Below the pieces are notes generated by a model. The model saw only the letters and a list, made by a program, of their open reading frames with translations, made no database searches and was not told where the DNA came from. A stretch of 62,243 nucleotides of DNA, counting the filler, from Platydemus manokwari (lineage: Eukaryota): the NCBI GenBank assembly GCA_037951405.1. It is 5 parts of 5 records of this genome, joined end to end, with 100 filler letters (N's around TTAATTAATTAA, not from the genome) between each part and the next. Parts side by side here need not be neighbours in the genome. Positions count along the whole stretch, not along the records: positions 26,593 to 35,854 come from JBBMOY011275761.1; positions 35,955 to 51,901 come from JBBMOY011225876.1; 3 more parts are not named here. One strand, 5' to 3'. Both the position numbers and the translations under genes were made by a program. Of the stretch, positions 27,578-41,600 are shown piece after piece. Numbering within the stretch: position 1 is the stretch's first letter; every line of letters starts with the position of its first letter.

Positions 27578-29137
27578 GTAATTTTATTTAAATTTTTTTT
27601 CTTAATTAGTACTTGAGATTTTTGAGTTTTTTTTAGTTAGATTTTACCCGTTTTTAAGGATTTTAAAAAATATATATGTTAGCCAATTTGTTTAATTTTT
27701 ATTTTATTGTTAATGCATTTTTATTTCCGATAATTTTTTATTGTTGATTATAAATTATAATCTTACACAATCAATAATATTATTTTAGTATAATCAATAT
27801 TTAAAACTAATTTTAGTCGTGAATTTTTAAAATAATTAATAAATTACTTATTAATTAATAAGCAATCACTATATTATTACTAATTGTCTTGTGATTCAGA
27901 TAATGATCGATTATTGATTTTTAGAATATTTTCTACTTTAAGAATAATTTTTCAGTAACCATTGGTTACCGATGATTTTGTATTATTAATATATTATTAG
28001 ACATAAAATTAATATCAAACGACAAGATATTATTATTAGTTGACCAATGAAGTTAAGCTGTGAATAATATACATTATGATCTGTAATTATATTATTTTAT
28101 AAGATATGATAAACATTATATATTAATCAATTCAATTATATTATTTTGTTGCCACTAAAGATAATGTGGAAATTGTAGAAATTAATTTTCAATTAGATTT
28201 CATTAAAAATATAGTGATGTAATTTTTGATTTGTTTATTTTTTGCTTTGGTTTAATTTATTCTGCTCTTTATTTATAAATCTAATATATTATAACAAACT
28301 AATTGATCAAAATTATCTCCCGGAAAAAGATTTTGAACATTTTTTTGTTTTTATCAAGAAATTTTGTCATAAATTGAAAATAAAATCTCAAGCACTGCTC
28401 GACGGAGAACTGAAATTTAGAAATTGATAAAATAGAAATTTATAAGTGAAAAATTGTTTTCAAATAACCTTAAAACCAATCCTAAAACCTTCAAGTTTGA
28501 ATTGGAATGAGTTGATCTTGAAAAAAAACAAAATAAAACATATTTTTCCATTGAAAATGTCTGTAGAGTTTGTTGAGAAATAGTTTTTCTTTTTGTGTAT
28601 ACATTTTCAGAGGAAATTTTTATTATTTACATTTAATTGTTTTTGATTGGTTAATAATATTCGTTTTGTTTATTTCTTAATTATTATTATTATCAAATAG
28701 ATTTGAGCCAATTTTATAAATGTTGAAATAAATTGAAATAGAATATTTCTCCAATATAAAATTATATATATATATACAGGATATCCAAAAATTTTCGCGT
28801 GATTTTATAAGATAAACGAATGTAAGTCATCAATGAATTTTATTGTATTGTGAATGAGAACTACCATAACTATGAATGAACCATATGTGAGTGATTTTAT
28901 TATATACTTCTAAATTTTTAAAAATCATTATTAACTAAAAAAATATTAAATGAATATTACCTCGAGTCTCTCAATTTTATCGTAGGAATAGTTTATTGAA
29001 TTCGGATAAATATTTATTCTATCGGAATTATCCCATTTTTAATACTACAAATAATAAATAAATTGCTATTCAAAATTAAGATTTGAAATTTTACTCATGA
29101 ATGAAATTATCGATTTAAAACATAATTCATTAACAAG

Positions 29138-29581
29138 GAAAAGCAACAATTCATGGCCAGTCTAACCGATTTGGTTGATAGTTTCCCTGATGATATCGCC
29201 AAGTACAAAATTCTACCTCATTTGTTAACATGTCATCAGTATGGTGCTGCTGGGATTGAAGTATTACTTCCTCTCGTAAAACTTGGAAAATTGTTGGAAC
29301 AAGCTGAATTAGAATCTAGTGTGGTACCTCGCTTGGTAGCGATGTTTCGCAGTAGTAATAGATCTACAAGAGTGCGATTGTTGGAACAGTTACCATCTTT
29401 TATTGATATTCTTCCATTTAAAGTGGTCGATGTCGACATTTTTCCAGCTGTTGTTCTAGGTTTAGCAGATACCAACCCGGTTGTTAGAGAAGCAACAATT
29501 CGATCTGTTGTTCATTTAGCTCCAAAATTAAGCCAAAAAAGTCTTAATGATGTTTTGGTGAATCACATAATGAATCTTCAG
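29138..29581 (+). CDS. SCYL1: SCYL1 coding exon 2 (HEAT repeats)
   Basis: AAG acceptor; EKQQFMASLTDLVDSFPDDIAKYKILPHLL...GLADTNPVVREATIRSVVHLAPKL. 444 nt, donor CAG|GTAATC. Confidence 0.95.
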
Positions 29582-29985
29582 GTAATCAATTATTTATCAA
29601 CATTATTCTAATTAAATATTGATTAATCCACCGATTTTATATTCTGTCATTGAAATTATTCCATTTTCTCCCATTCTATTAAATATTTTGATATATCTCT
29701 ACCTATAAATGATAAATTAAGATGAATGTTATTTTGATATCTTTTGAATTATTGGATCTGAGCACTCTCTTCTTATTAGAGGAAAGAATAACAAAAATTA
29801 GACTCTATTTTATTATATTTTTTTTATTACACCGAAATCGATTTTTAGTAAAAATTAGCCAGCAATTATCATTTTGAAAACATATATTAATTAGTTAAAT
29901 CGATGAACCAATGTGCAGTTTATACCTGATAGAATTATTTAAATAAAATATTGATAATAATCTCAGAAAAATATTTACAGTAATT

Positions 29986-30558
29986 GGCTGACGTTAAGAA
30001 AAGGGGTCCTAAAATAAAATTTAAATTTGTTAAGTGTATTACAAAATTCTATATTGTTTATTTAATTATATTTAAAAACATTTTCAATTGTTTATTGAAG
30101 CACTTAAGAAGAATTTTAGTTGTTTGACATCAAATATGAAATACATTAGAGCTTTAAATTATCCTAAAAGTAGATCGAATTAAAGTTTATTGAAAATCGT
30201 TGAGGACTCATTTTTTAACATTAAAAACAAATTGAGAGATATTCTCAATTTTTACAATTATTTTATAAAAATAAGCAATAATATTATTAAACATGTCTGT
30301 AGATAACTAATTTGATTTATAATTAAAAATAAATTAAATTTAAAAACTCAAAAAATCTTGTAGAAGTGTTGTGATTATAATAGGAATTTGGCTTTAAAAC
30401 TGTGTTTTGTTCCTATTAGATGTACTAAAAACTGACGTATTAATTGAATTATATGAGTAAATCAATTATAAATCACCATCCCAATTATAAATAAAATTAT
30501 CTCATACCCGAAGATTCATCTTTATGAAAGTAGGTCAAAGGAAGCCTTAATTTAAGCC
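29986..30558 (-). mobile_element. Inverted copy of the ~600-bp MITE in SCYL1 intron 2
   Basis: The reverse complement aligns to 23613-24221. Ends are GGCTGACGTTAAGAAAAGGGGTCCT and GGTCAAAGGAAGCCTTAATTTAAGCC. Confidence 0.8.
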
Positions 30559-31293
30559 GAATGATTCATTTTAATTTATTAAATGAAAATAGTTTATTTA
30601 TAGAATTGTTGGTTTCTAGAATTTTTATACTTTTTTATAATGTCTGCGTTCATTTATTTCCAATTATTGGTTCCAAAACACTTTGACTATTGTGTTATGC
30701 GTGTATATTCCACTATAAACACGTGTTCAATGATACTGCTTAATAACAAAAATAAATAGATTCGGATATGTATCTATATAATTAAGCCAATCGTGTATTC
30801 AGAGTTGATTTGATATAGCAATATACCAATCAAAAATATACTTATATTGATTTTAATTTTTATTATCTTTGATGAGTATTTATTGAGACTCAGAGGAAAA
30901 TTTTTAGAAAATTTAAAGATTGAAAAATTAGAATTCCATTTAAAAATACGTTTTAAAAATTTTCATTTTAATTTTTCTCGTGTTTCACTAAATTATCAAA
31001 AGATCTCATTGAAAATCTCGTCTTCAACTAAGCGATATTTTTACTAGCGAAGCGCTCTTCTGTGAATGCTCTATATTCTTTAAACTATTCTTTAAAATAT
31101 TGTTAAAAAGTAAAATATAATAATAAAAATTTTCAGTTATATTTGGCAGTTATTTTTTCTCTTTAATAATTTATCAGATTAGATTATTTTGATTGCATTT
31201 TATCTATTGATAATTTTAGCCTTATGTAAAATTAGTTGTTCGTCTCTCAGCTAATTTTGTTACCAATTATATAAGAAATATTTTTTAATTTAG

Positions 31294-31602
31294 TTAAAAG
31301 ATGAACAAGGTGGTATCAGAACCAATTCTACAGTGTGCCTCGCTAAAATAGCACATCTTTTATCCACTCAAACTCGTCAAACTAGTCTACTTAATATTCT
31401 TCTCAAGTGTACTCGCGATCCTTTCGTTCCTGCCAAATTGAGTGCAGTATCAGCTCTCGCTGCTTCTCAACATCTTTTCTTGTTGGATGATGTGGCGACT
31501 AAACTGTTACCGTGTCTTTCTTTTTTAACCATTGATCCTGAAAAGGAAGTTCGAGATCAGGCATTTAAAGCAATAGAATTTGCTCTTTCTCGTCTTAAAG
31601 AG
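31294..31602 (+). CDS. SCYL1: SCYL1 coding exon 3 (HEAT repeats)
   Basis: TAG acceptor; LKDEQGGIRTNSTVCLAKIA...TRDPFVPAK...LTIDPEKEVRDQAFKAI. 309 nt, donor GAG|GTTTGT. Confidence 0.95.
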
Positions 31603-31746
31603 GTTTGTTTATTAATCTGTTTTTCTAATGTGATTTGACGAGGAATGAGTTTAATTTGAAACAGGACAGTGAAAACCGTTTCAAATCATCTCGTCATTTC
31701 TCGATTATTGATTTGTCATTAATAATTTCAATATTTTCTCGATCAG

Positions 31747-32250
31747 TTTTCCCAAAATCCCGATCAAGTAAAAGCGGTTGCTTTGGAAAATAAAGAAGCT
31801 CAAAACTCAATCAGTTGGAAAAATTGGGCTGTGAGCCTCATTAAGAAAAGTGAGGCAAATCCTCAAGTTAGTCAAACCAACTCCGTGCCGGTTAATGTTG
31901 TGAAAAAAGAGAAAAATCATCTGCCCGAACCAAATATTGAGAAACCGACCGAGATTCCAAAACCGAATCAAGTGATGGAAAAATCCGAAGAAACCGAGGA
32001 TGACGATGAATGGGCACCTTTGGAGGACGTTAAATGTCCTGTCACTCCCGATAAAAGCTCCAAGAAAAACGATAACCAATGGGTGAATGAAAATCCTGAT
32101 GATTTTTTCGACAATCTAATTAAAGAGCCCGTTAATGTCACCCCGAAGAAAACTTTACAGTTGAATAAAAAGAACGGTGCTAAAGCACCAATTGGTAAGA
32201 AATTGGTGGCCTCATCTAATGAAGATGGCTGGGGTGATGTGGATTGGTAA
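31747..32250 (+). CDS. SCYL1: SCYL1 terminal exon (disordered tail ending GWGDVDW)
   Basis: CAG acceptor at 31744-31746, in frame with ORF 31783-32250; WKNWAVS motif and acidic-Trp motifs. The spliced product is 688 aa. Confidence 0.9.
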   Translation, partial: FSQNPDQVKAVALENKEAQNSISWKNWAVSLIKKSEANPQVSQTNSVPVNVVKKEKNHLPEPNIEKPTEIPKPNQVMEKSEETEDDDEWAPLEDVKCPVTPDKSSKKNDNQWVNENPDDFFDNLIKEPVNVTPKKTLQLNKKNGAKAPIGKKLVASSNEDGWGDVDW

Positions 32251-33899
32251 TATGTGGTGCTTAGAATATATTTTTGATTATTTTTCCTTTTACTTTGAAT
32301 GTTATCCAATTTTTTGATATAGCTTTATTGATTAGTTTATGACAATTTTGTTTGTCCTTGGGGAGTGAGTATCTCATATCCAGTCTGCATATTCTCATTA
32401 TATTTAACAAGGTGAACAATTGATTTGTATAGATTTTCAAACTTTTCGAATACTAAGATTATTTCCATTATTAAAACTGCTAATGTTTTCTGTAGCTTTG
32501 CCAATCTCTTCATGTGTTATTTTAATCAATATTTCGATTATTCCTTGATTTTAAAAGCATTTCATTTATTAACTATTATTTGGTGATCAAAATAAAACCT
32601 TGGATCCTTTAATAAACTTGCAAAATACTTAATCGAATGAAAATACATTATTTTTGTGAAAATCTTGGAATCTTATCGATCTCAATCATAGCCATAATCT
32701 CAAATAATAAAATATAATTATAATAAAAAATTAAGGAATACAAATTAATTATTTGCTTTAAGTATCACAAATGACTGGTAAAATCAAAAAGCACAGTGGT
32801 GAGATAAGTGAAACTATGGTAACCAACGCTGGCCAATTCAAAATTTTAAATAGAGAACATAAACTCAAAATTACACAGTCGAATTGACAGTCTTCAGAAA
32901 TATATTACTTCTGAGGCTTGTTGGTTTCGATTTTTGTTTATTTAAAGTGAGAGTGCTCTATTTCTTGTGATAATTACTAGCCTATTGGATCAGTACTAGT
33001 GATACTATTCAGTTCCAGGTAACTATTCCTAATCATATGGTTTTTGTTTTGAATTTTAATGATAATGATAAATTCGATTATTAAATTACAGCAAATTTTG
33101 TTGGGCATATTTGAATTTAAATTATAATGACACATGACAAGGACAGAGATAATAATGCAAATTGACACTAATGTTGGGGATTTCAAAAATTGACCTAAAA
33201 ACAATTTATAAATGTACATTTAGTAGAGAAATTTTACCTGTATAAATGTATATCTGCAGTTATTGTATGGAGTTTCTACATTGTAATTTTTTACTTAAAA
33301 CAATCTTGTAATTTTTACATAAGCAGTGTTTACCCAATTAAAATATACCTGAGTTACAATGTAGAAATCTGAAACGTTATAATTTTACATTGTAAATAAT
33401 TTATTTACTTATTTACTTATACGGATATATTTTGACTGTTGAAGTGGAATATCATTTTTGTTGTACAAATTTTTATTATTTAACGGTCTTGTACAAACAA
33501 TAATCCATTTGACTAAAAGCTTGACAAATAAAATAGAACAATAGTAATAATAAAGAATTTTCGGGAATAAGTTGACGGTTAAAATAAAATCAACAATATA
33601 ATATTTACCTTGGAAAAATAATAATGGTGATTTTAATTGCAAATCTTTGAAGAATATCGGGAATAATCTATTCCATTAGAAATAATAAGTTAGATTTACG
33701 CTCACGCAATAGAAATCATATTAATAGGAAGAAATTTTAATAACACCCGCCATTATTGGAGAAACCACTAGGAAGAACTCTAACTTTGAAAAGTGTAAAA
33801 GCTGTCAACATTATTATTATTACTAGTTTTTTATGCTATTCGAGTTTGCAAACCATTGCCAATAAGCCTATGATGTTGAGTAAGCATCTTATATTGTAA

Positions 33900-34900
33900 A
33901 CAACTGATTAATATTATAACATCTGTAATTTCCTTCTATCGAGCTGTGTCTCGAAAATTTTTCCTTAAAAGGATTTGCTCCAAGATCATGGAGCGTATAA
34001 ACCGTAAATTACTCTTTTGTGGAATTCCGATCTCAAACATCGTTGATAAACCTTCCCTTTGAATAATCAATTTCTCCAATTAAATACTTCTTTTAAAATT
34101 TCTGCTGATAAATTTCGAACTCCATTCAGTTGATTAGCGCTTATTGGGTAAATTCTTAAATGCTATTTGTAGATAATATTCTTCCTTCTAGAGGTTCATG
34201 TATTTCCTTAATGGCTCATTATAGGTTTAGAATTAATACGTTGTAGAATTATTGTTGTTGAGAAATTTTACGAGCTATGGCCTCTCAATTATACCCATCT
34301 TAACCGAATCCGTTCTTGTAGAGTACGTAATCGATTAGTGGATGATATATCCTGAATTCATATCTACTCTCATCGCCCTTTTTTGATAAATTCATTGTAG
34401 TTTGAGTTATCTGCTAGACTGAGTGCGTCACTGTAATGATAATGAACACTTTTTAAAAATTGATCTTCGACAGATTTTCGAGTTCAAGCTGGCTATTTTG
34501 TTTTTGATCAGGATTATTTTACTGCTATAGTTGGAAGTTAGTAAGCAAAATCTCTAATTATTTCATCGTTTTTTGAGTTCTCAAAAAGAATTTTTGGAGA
34601 ATGATAAGAACAACGTCTCCGCTGATCAATTATTTCTATAGAGCATCTTTCATGACTGCTCATTGAATTATGTTTCTTCAATCAATTTCATTGTAGGCTT
34701 CTCTCGCTGAACCCTATAGATAAAGGTAGCTGTTGTATCACATTTAATTTGATATTCTATTTTTTCAATTTCAAATAGACCTATCAATTCTCAATGGTCA
34801 GGATTGGCTAATCCCTATCTGCAAATAGTTATGAAGCAGTGTCCTCTTTCGAATTAGAATCTTCCTAGCAGTGTCTTATTTGACTGGCAAGTTTCTATGC
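33900..34900 (-). mobile_element. Possible heavily decayed non-LTR retrotransposon (LINE) RT relic
   Basis: Minus-strand fragments TLYKNG, TIILQRIN and GIPQKSNL occur in the order expected for LINE RT motifs (LxKKG...RI...GVPQGS). Many stops; boundaries approximate. Confidence 0.35.
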
Positions 34901-35854
34901 CTGCATGTTCGTGTAAGCATATATGTGTAAAACGTCAAAATAGAGGTTCCAAGGTGCCAAAATTGTATTTTTTGTGTTATGTTCATCTTTAACCAGCCAT
35001 TAGATTATGGATTAATAATTGATTTTATTTTTATAAATATCAATTAGGAAATTCCCCAAGGAACAAATGCGACAACTGGCTAAATTTTCAATATTATGTT
35101 GAAAAATAAAAAAAAATAGTGAATAGTTATATATTTATAATCTGGATATTTCGTTATTATCTGCTTGCACAGTGGGCTACACATCCGTGATACTTTTCTA
35201 TTGATCTTTTCAATGTGTCCTTCTAGGACCAGTAGTAATTAATATTGAATACCCATCGTAACATATATTTAATAAATATATGTCTAGTTCAGTGTTTTAT
35301 ATATCAACTAACATTACGATCGACTCATCTAATTAGATGAAGGAACGGCTTATTTAATCTGTTACATTTTCGTAATCTTTTAGCTTAACAAAGGCTATTG
35401 CATCATCATACTTTGTTCTTTATGTTTATCAATAATTGACCTATAGGCTATTTTTAGATTTACATTGAAACTATTTTTTAAATTGAATAAAGTCCGTATA
35501 TTTGAAATACCCGATTTAGAATCCAAAGATATAAACCAAATAAATAGCATTGTAATGTTGGGGTTCTGACAAAAAACTCTGAAATATACAATAGACGATC
35601 TAAATAGATTGGTATTGTAATGTACAAATAGTGTAGATCAATGTATATTTATGTAAAACTTTATATGTAAATTGTGTAATATTTTTAATTAGTTTTTATG
35701 AAAAGTTCTTTAATTCTTGAGTGACGATAGAAATTGATTAATAATTCTGAAGGAATTATTGGAGTGAAAAATAACATGTCAAATTTTTATCGCATTGTAG
35801 CGACAGTATTTTATTTTCATGTCAATTGTGTGACATAATTTTAATGAAATTTTT

Positions 35855-35954
35855 NNNNNNNNNNNNNNNNNNNNNNNNNNNNNNNNNNNNNNNNNNNNTT
35901 AATTAATTAANNNNNNNNNNNNNNNNNNNNNNNNNNNNNNNNNNNNNNNNNNNN
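35855..35954. other. Artificial assembly spacer
   Basis: 44 N + TTAATTAATTAA + 44 N. Confidence 0.98.
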
Positions 35955-36145
35955 TTATTGTTTTCACTATTTTTATTACAGTTAAAATAACTTTATTAAT
36001 TTAAATCTTAGTATTTTTCTTTATTAAAAAACAAATTAAAATTAAACAAAAAATTAAACAAATAAAAATCAAATTAAATATTTTTTGTTTAACACTTTCT
36101 AAATAAAGTTTTTTCAAAATTTATAAAATAATTTTTTTATATCAA

Positions 36146-36177
<32 letters not shown>
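36146..36177. repeat. (AAT)n microsatellite
   Basis: About 10 consecutive AAT units. Similar tracts occur near 13537-13562 and 18514-18541. Confidence 0.85.
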
Positions 36178-36179
<2 letters not shown>

Positions 36180-38517
36180 TATATTTATCATAAAATTTTT
36201 AACAATTTATTTGTCGATATCTATCTTTTCCCATAGATGGATTAATGAAAATTCATCGCCTAATTAATTTACAATACTTTTCAATTCGTTGCCTATCTGA
36301 TTAGGTTTATTTTCAATCTAAATTTAATTAGAATTCAAGGGAATGAATATAAAAATTTTAATTATACTGAAACAACATTAGAGATGAAACGAAAACTCAT
36401 GAGTTATATATAAATGATAGAAATAAATTTTACTGTTATTTGAGATTGAGCAATAGCTGAAAATACTATGTTTCGTGGTATGATTTTCAAATTCTTGCCA
36501 CTATTCAGTCGATAAGAAGTGGTGTTGGAGGAGGGCAATGACTGGCCAGACAAACGCAATCCCATTGATGCATCAATCGTTTGCCGGCGGCGATGATTAA
36601 AAGTTGTCTTTTGGTAATCTGAATCAACAAAGCGATCAAGATAATAAATTGCATAACGGAACATCATTATAAATCACTTGTGAAATTTAGTCGATTAGTA
36701 CATATTTATATTCATATTCTGAACTTTTATGTTTATCTCTAAAAACCAATAATTGATTAGTTTTATTCTAATCGAAAATCCAGTCGTCATTTACTATATA
36801 TTACTGATAATTGATAAATTCTTATTATCATTGTTAGAGCATCTAAAGATCGCAACTAGATTGTGACTAAGGAAAACTCATAGCGTGCCAGTGTGATTTT
36901 ACAAATTTAGGACTTGTTCAAATTCGCCTTGAGGCACTTATTTTTTGTTGAAGAATGAAGAGCATATCCAACTGAAATTGAAGACCTGCAGGAAGAAATT
37001 TGTTAAAGGTTTTGCGAAGTTCTGGAGAATGGTGACATCACACACATATTATGGAATTAAGATAAATGTCAAACAAATCATAAAATTTCAATAATTTTAA
37101 TTTTGAAAATCTGTAATTTTACTAAAAAATTAATTTTTCGACTTGTGGGTTGGTAAATTCGATGTTATTTTCAATAGTAGTGAGTAAAAGAAAGGCGAAA
37201 CTGATCGACCTATTTGAAACAACAATTAAGTTTATAAATTTTCATCGTAAATGAGATAAATAAGTACAGCAACATTAATTTTAATCTCACTTGATATTGC
37301 ATCACTGAATTGCGGTTCATAAAAGGAAAGTGTGGTTTATGGGAATATATTATTCTTTCTTAGAGCATAATTGATATTATTATAAAAAGGTTTTCCGATA
37401 AAGATCTAGATGGCCTTAAGCACAATGTTTATAGTTTTTGTTAGATTAAAAACCCAATGACAAAATTGAAATCAATTTTCATTTGCCAGTCAAATAAGAT
37501 GATAGGTAGGAGAAAGCATATGGATGATATTATTAAATAAGATTAGTCGTGGAAGTTAACTTGCTACAAAAAAAGACAATTTAAATAGTTAGGAACTATT
37601 GATTACTTGATTATTATAAGGAATATATCAATATGAAATACTAATCCTAAAAACTGACAACGGTAAAGAAAAACCCAATTTGATTAAAATGATCATGAGT
37701 TCAAAATTTGCCAGTGAGCAAATTATGAAAAATAGATATAATGACTCAATCAATATTATTGGTTTATGATTCCGAACAATTAAATAATTACTGACTAGAA
37801 AAATCGAGGGATATAAGCTTTATTTCTAATTCACGTACTAATCACTGCAAATAAGAAAAAAAGGTAAAGATACAATTAAACTTGATTAACAACTGGCACT
37901 CGTACTACTCAGTATGACGTTAAATTAGCGACAAAAATGTAACCAAAACTTTACTTCCAATTAGCAGTTGACCATCTTTACAACGGTATTTATAATCGAT
38001 ATCTGAGTGTAATTTTTGTGACATGGTTGAATCACATTCTGATTTGATCTTTATATTTCCATGTTTCCAGTGAGCTTATTTGTTTTTATATATGCTGGAT
38101 TGGTCAATCCCTGTGTGCTTGTGGTTGTGTGGCTATGTCCTTTTTTCCAATTATCGTTGTGCATTTCACTCAGCTATAATTTGTTGATTGCCATGCCTGT
38201 ATGGTTGTGTATGCATGGAACTGTTTAAGTGCTAAATCAAGGGTTCCATTGTGCAAATCAGTTTTTCTTTTGTAATATTTCATCTTATTCAACAATATTG
38301 TAAATAAAGTAGTACAAAATGTAGCTGCCTATGGAAACGTCATTGATTTTATTATCAAACAATAATTATCCAATAATTAACGATAATCAATTCTTGCCAA
38401 TGTTATTAATTAATAAATTAAGAAAAATTCAATAAAGAATATCTGCTAATTATTAATGAAAACTCTCGATTTTTCAAATAATTAGAGAGATATAGAAAAA
38501 AACATCCGAATAGAAAC

Positions 38518-38694
38518 CTGCATTCTCTTCCTTGGTTGAACCGACAATGAATGATGTAGCTTTGATGGATTTTTCAGATGATTTCAAATTGGTTGCAGTA
38601 CTTAAATTTTTATTTACCCTCAAAATTGGTGCCGAAACTTTACGAATTGCCTGAGATCCAATTGATAAGCTTGTTCTAAGAGAAGAATTTCTGT
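38518..38694 (-). CDS. Candidate internal exon of an unidentified gene (Ser/Lys-rich)
   Basis: Acceptor ttttttcag, a 177-nt symmetric phase-1 open frame (RNSSLRTSLSIGSQAIRKVSAPILRVNKNLSTATNLKSSEKSIKATSFIVGSTKEENA) and donor CAG|GTTTCT. Confidence 0.45.
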
Positions 38695-41600
38695 CTGAAA
38701 AAAATTACTAAAATTATTCTCTTCTTATTTAAGATTGTCAGTTGTCTCTGATTTTATATTTTGTTATCACAATTATAATTTTCAATAATTCAATAGAAAA
38801 TCAAATTTGTTTATCTGCATTGAAAATGAAATATGAAAATTCATCACAAATTCAAACAATACGATCTATAATATCTTCTTTATAATAATCTTTGAATTAG
38901 TTTCATTACTGTCTCTTGGAATCAAATTAATTAACCGTTCCGAAATTTAAAAATTTTTGAATATATAAGTCATCTATTTGAGTTCTTGAAATAATATATT
39001 TTTATATTTCATACGTTTCGCCAAAAATTATTAAAGCCATTTTTATATAACACAATGAAACTTTAAAAATCGAAAATTATTTATCATAATAGTTGATAAA
39101 TATTTTAGACATTATATAACTACGAATAGCAATAGTGTATGACAGAGCTTTCGTCTTGTTAGGGCGTGGCTCACTACTGCAAAATCAAAAGAGTAAATCG
39201 GGAACACTGATTCCGTATTCAATAAGTGAAAAAAACTAACTTTTGCCGCGGTCAGTAGAAAAAAATACCTACTCCAAATTAAAATACTCATAAATAAGTA
39301 TATAAATTTGAATATTAAGATAATCCGAATGCTATACAATGTCAATAAATGGAAAAATTAGAAAGTGTCTTTTTATATTTTTATCAGCTTTCAAGCTGAG
39401 AACTGATCATCGGTAATTTATTCGAATAGAAATCGTTGTTGGATCTGTGGATGATTTAACGGCGATATAATTATAATCTTGATGAAATACAAGCTCAAAC
39501 ATTTATTATCTAACTGAAATTTATTTCCAGCTGTTCAAATTAATTTATGGTATCGAATGGAATTGCAAATAGAAAATGAAAGTGTATTAAGTTATCGAAC
39601 GGGGATATTGAATTTCAAAATAGTTTGGAATACCATTGAAAAATGAGAATTTCAAATTCAATACAGGTGGACAAAAAAATGGAAAGATTAAGAACCAAAT
39701 TAAGTCGTCATACAATGCCAAATATTATTCCCAGAGAATTTTAGAAACATTAAACGTGACTTTACAAAAGAAGTTGCGAAATTATAGTATCTTCACTAAA
39801 CAAATTATCTTATATTGAATTGTTCTCCTATTTTGTCTGGCTTACTTCACCAAGGAATCGCAATGGAATTGACAATAGGATTGGTTAATTATAACCGTTT
39901 ATTTATTGATTTCATATAAATTTAATGGTTTCTCAAAGGACTGTTTAAAGTTGTACTTTATTATTGCTGTGATAATAATGATAAATGTCAGCTGCTAATT
40001 CTAAATAAAAACTAATCTAAGTATATTTAATGACAATATTCACACAAATCACTTAAATTTATTCTTGTTTAAATTTAAACGTATTTTTTAAAATTTTAAA
40101 ATCCTCACAATTTTTATGAAAACGAAATTGAATTATTTTATAAAGAATCAATATCAAAGGTAAGAAAAATAAAATGTTGAGACAATCAAACATAGATAGT
40201 CACATATTTTTAAACCTTAATAAAATATCACATTTTCTTGATGAAATAATTCATTTTCAACTGTAATTTTACAGATATTCATTACGATATTCAATTTTTA
40301 ATTTTAATCTAATAACACTCTTTAGCTCACTAAAATTGATTTAAAATTTAGAAAATTTATTTCTCTCTCTCTCACACATAAATGCGAGCTGAAAGATTAT
40401 CGATTGAAATACATCAAAATACAAACTGAGATCATAGATAGATAAATAGAATTGAAATGCAAAACATTTTATTATACGTATCTCGATTGAGCTAATCATT
40501 AGAAAGAAAATAATTTTAGTAATAATAATCATAGTATAATATATAACTCGCCCCTCGTTTGCCATTTCAAGTCAGTTCAAATATCTAAACTACAAATTAC
40601 AGCTATTCTGTCTTTCTTCAATTATAATTTACCAATAAAACACACTGAAGATATTACAAGAAAAATTATAAAATAATGAAAGAAATTCTTTAGTGTTAGA
40701 AGAAAGAAACGAACTAAGCAGATTTAATAGTACAGTGTGAGCATATTCTTTGAGGTTTAATTATTTAATTATCTTCATTAAAAATAGATTTCCAATGTTC
40801 TTTTATTTCACTGAATGCAGCTCCGTACCGAATAATAACCTGAACTTCTCCTTTCTAGTCTTTGCATTCTACAGTTAATTTCTTTGTCATGCTAATGTTT
40901 TGTATTTTCCATCCATCATCTGTTCCTTTTAAAAGGCTCTATTTAGATTACTATCAATAATTTCCTCATACTTATCTTGTATAGATTTTGCTGCATTCTA
41001 TTCATCAGCTAATGAGTTTATTCCCTTAGATTGCAATGGAATGTTCAAAGAATGTTCTCAACGGAATATTCTTTATATGTCGAAGCTTCTATTTTATTTA
41101 CTTCTTATACTGTATTATTGTAAACTAGGATTGCTTCAGCGAAAATAATTAAATGCTAAAAGGCTCTCTGCTTTGCCATTTTAGCAAACTAATGATGCAT
41201 CATGATATTCTGGTTCCTTGAGAATTTTGCGTTTCCTTAAATTTTGAAAACACAGATAGGCTTTGATATTACTTTATAAAGTCACTTCATCACTTTGCTT
41301 TCAACAGATTTCAGTTTCCAGGCATATTGGAAATTTTAATAATCCAGGTATTAAGGTTTATTTCCCCCCAATGTCACTTTTTTATTAGTCTTCAGTTTTA
41401 TGCGGGTTTCAGATTACCGGGCCTAAGCCTATAATAATCTGTGAATTCTACTGACAAGACCTTCAATACAAATCTTGATTACTCGACTCACTATTGAAAT
41501 CTTAATTCCTTTCAAATTAATTTTTAAAGAAATTTACAGTTTTAAACTAAATTGATATACACTTAATATGAAATTAATAAAATAAAAAGCTCTAATTATA

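Noticed and set aside
29236-32309. Antisense ORFs 29236-29475, 31807-32079 and 31968-32309 (also 26764-26958, 1169-1372, 2486-2707, 58169-58411, 60313-60531)
   Set aside because: They are shadows of coding exons or a transposase on the opposite strand.
36860-37060. Possible Tc1-like transposase C-terminal remnant (YPTEIEDLQEEIC...EVLENG)
   Set aside because: Too degenerate, with no catalytic motif or TIR pair.
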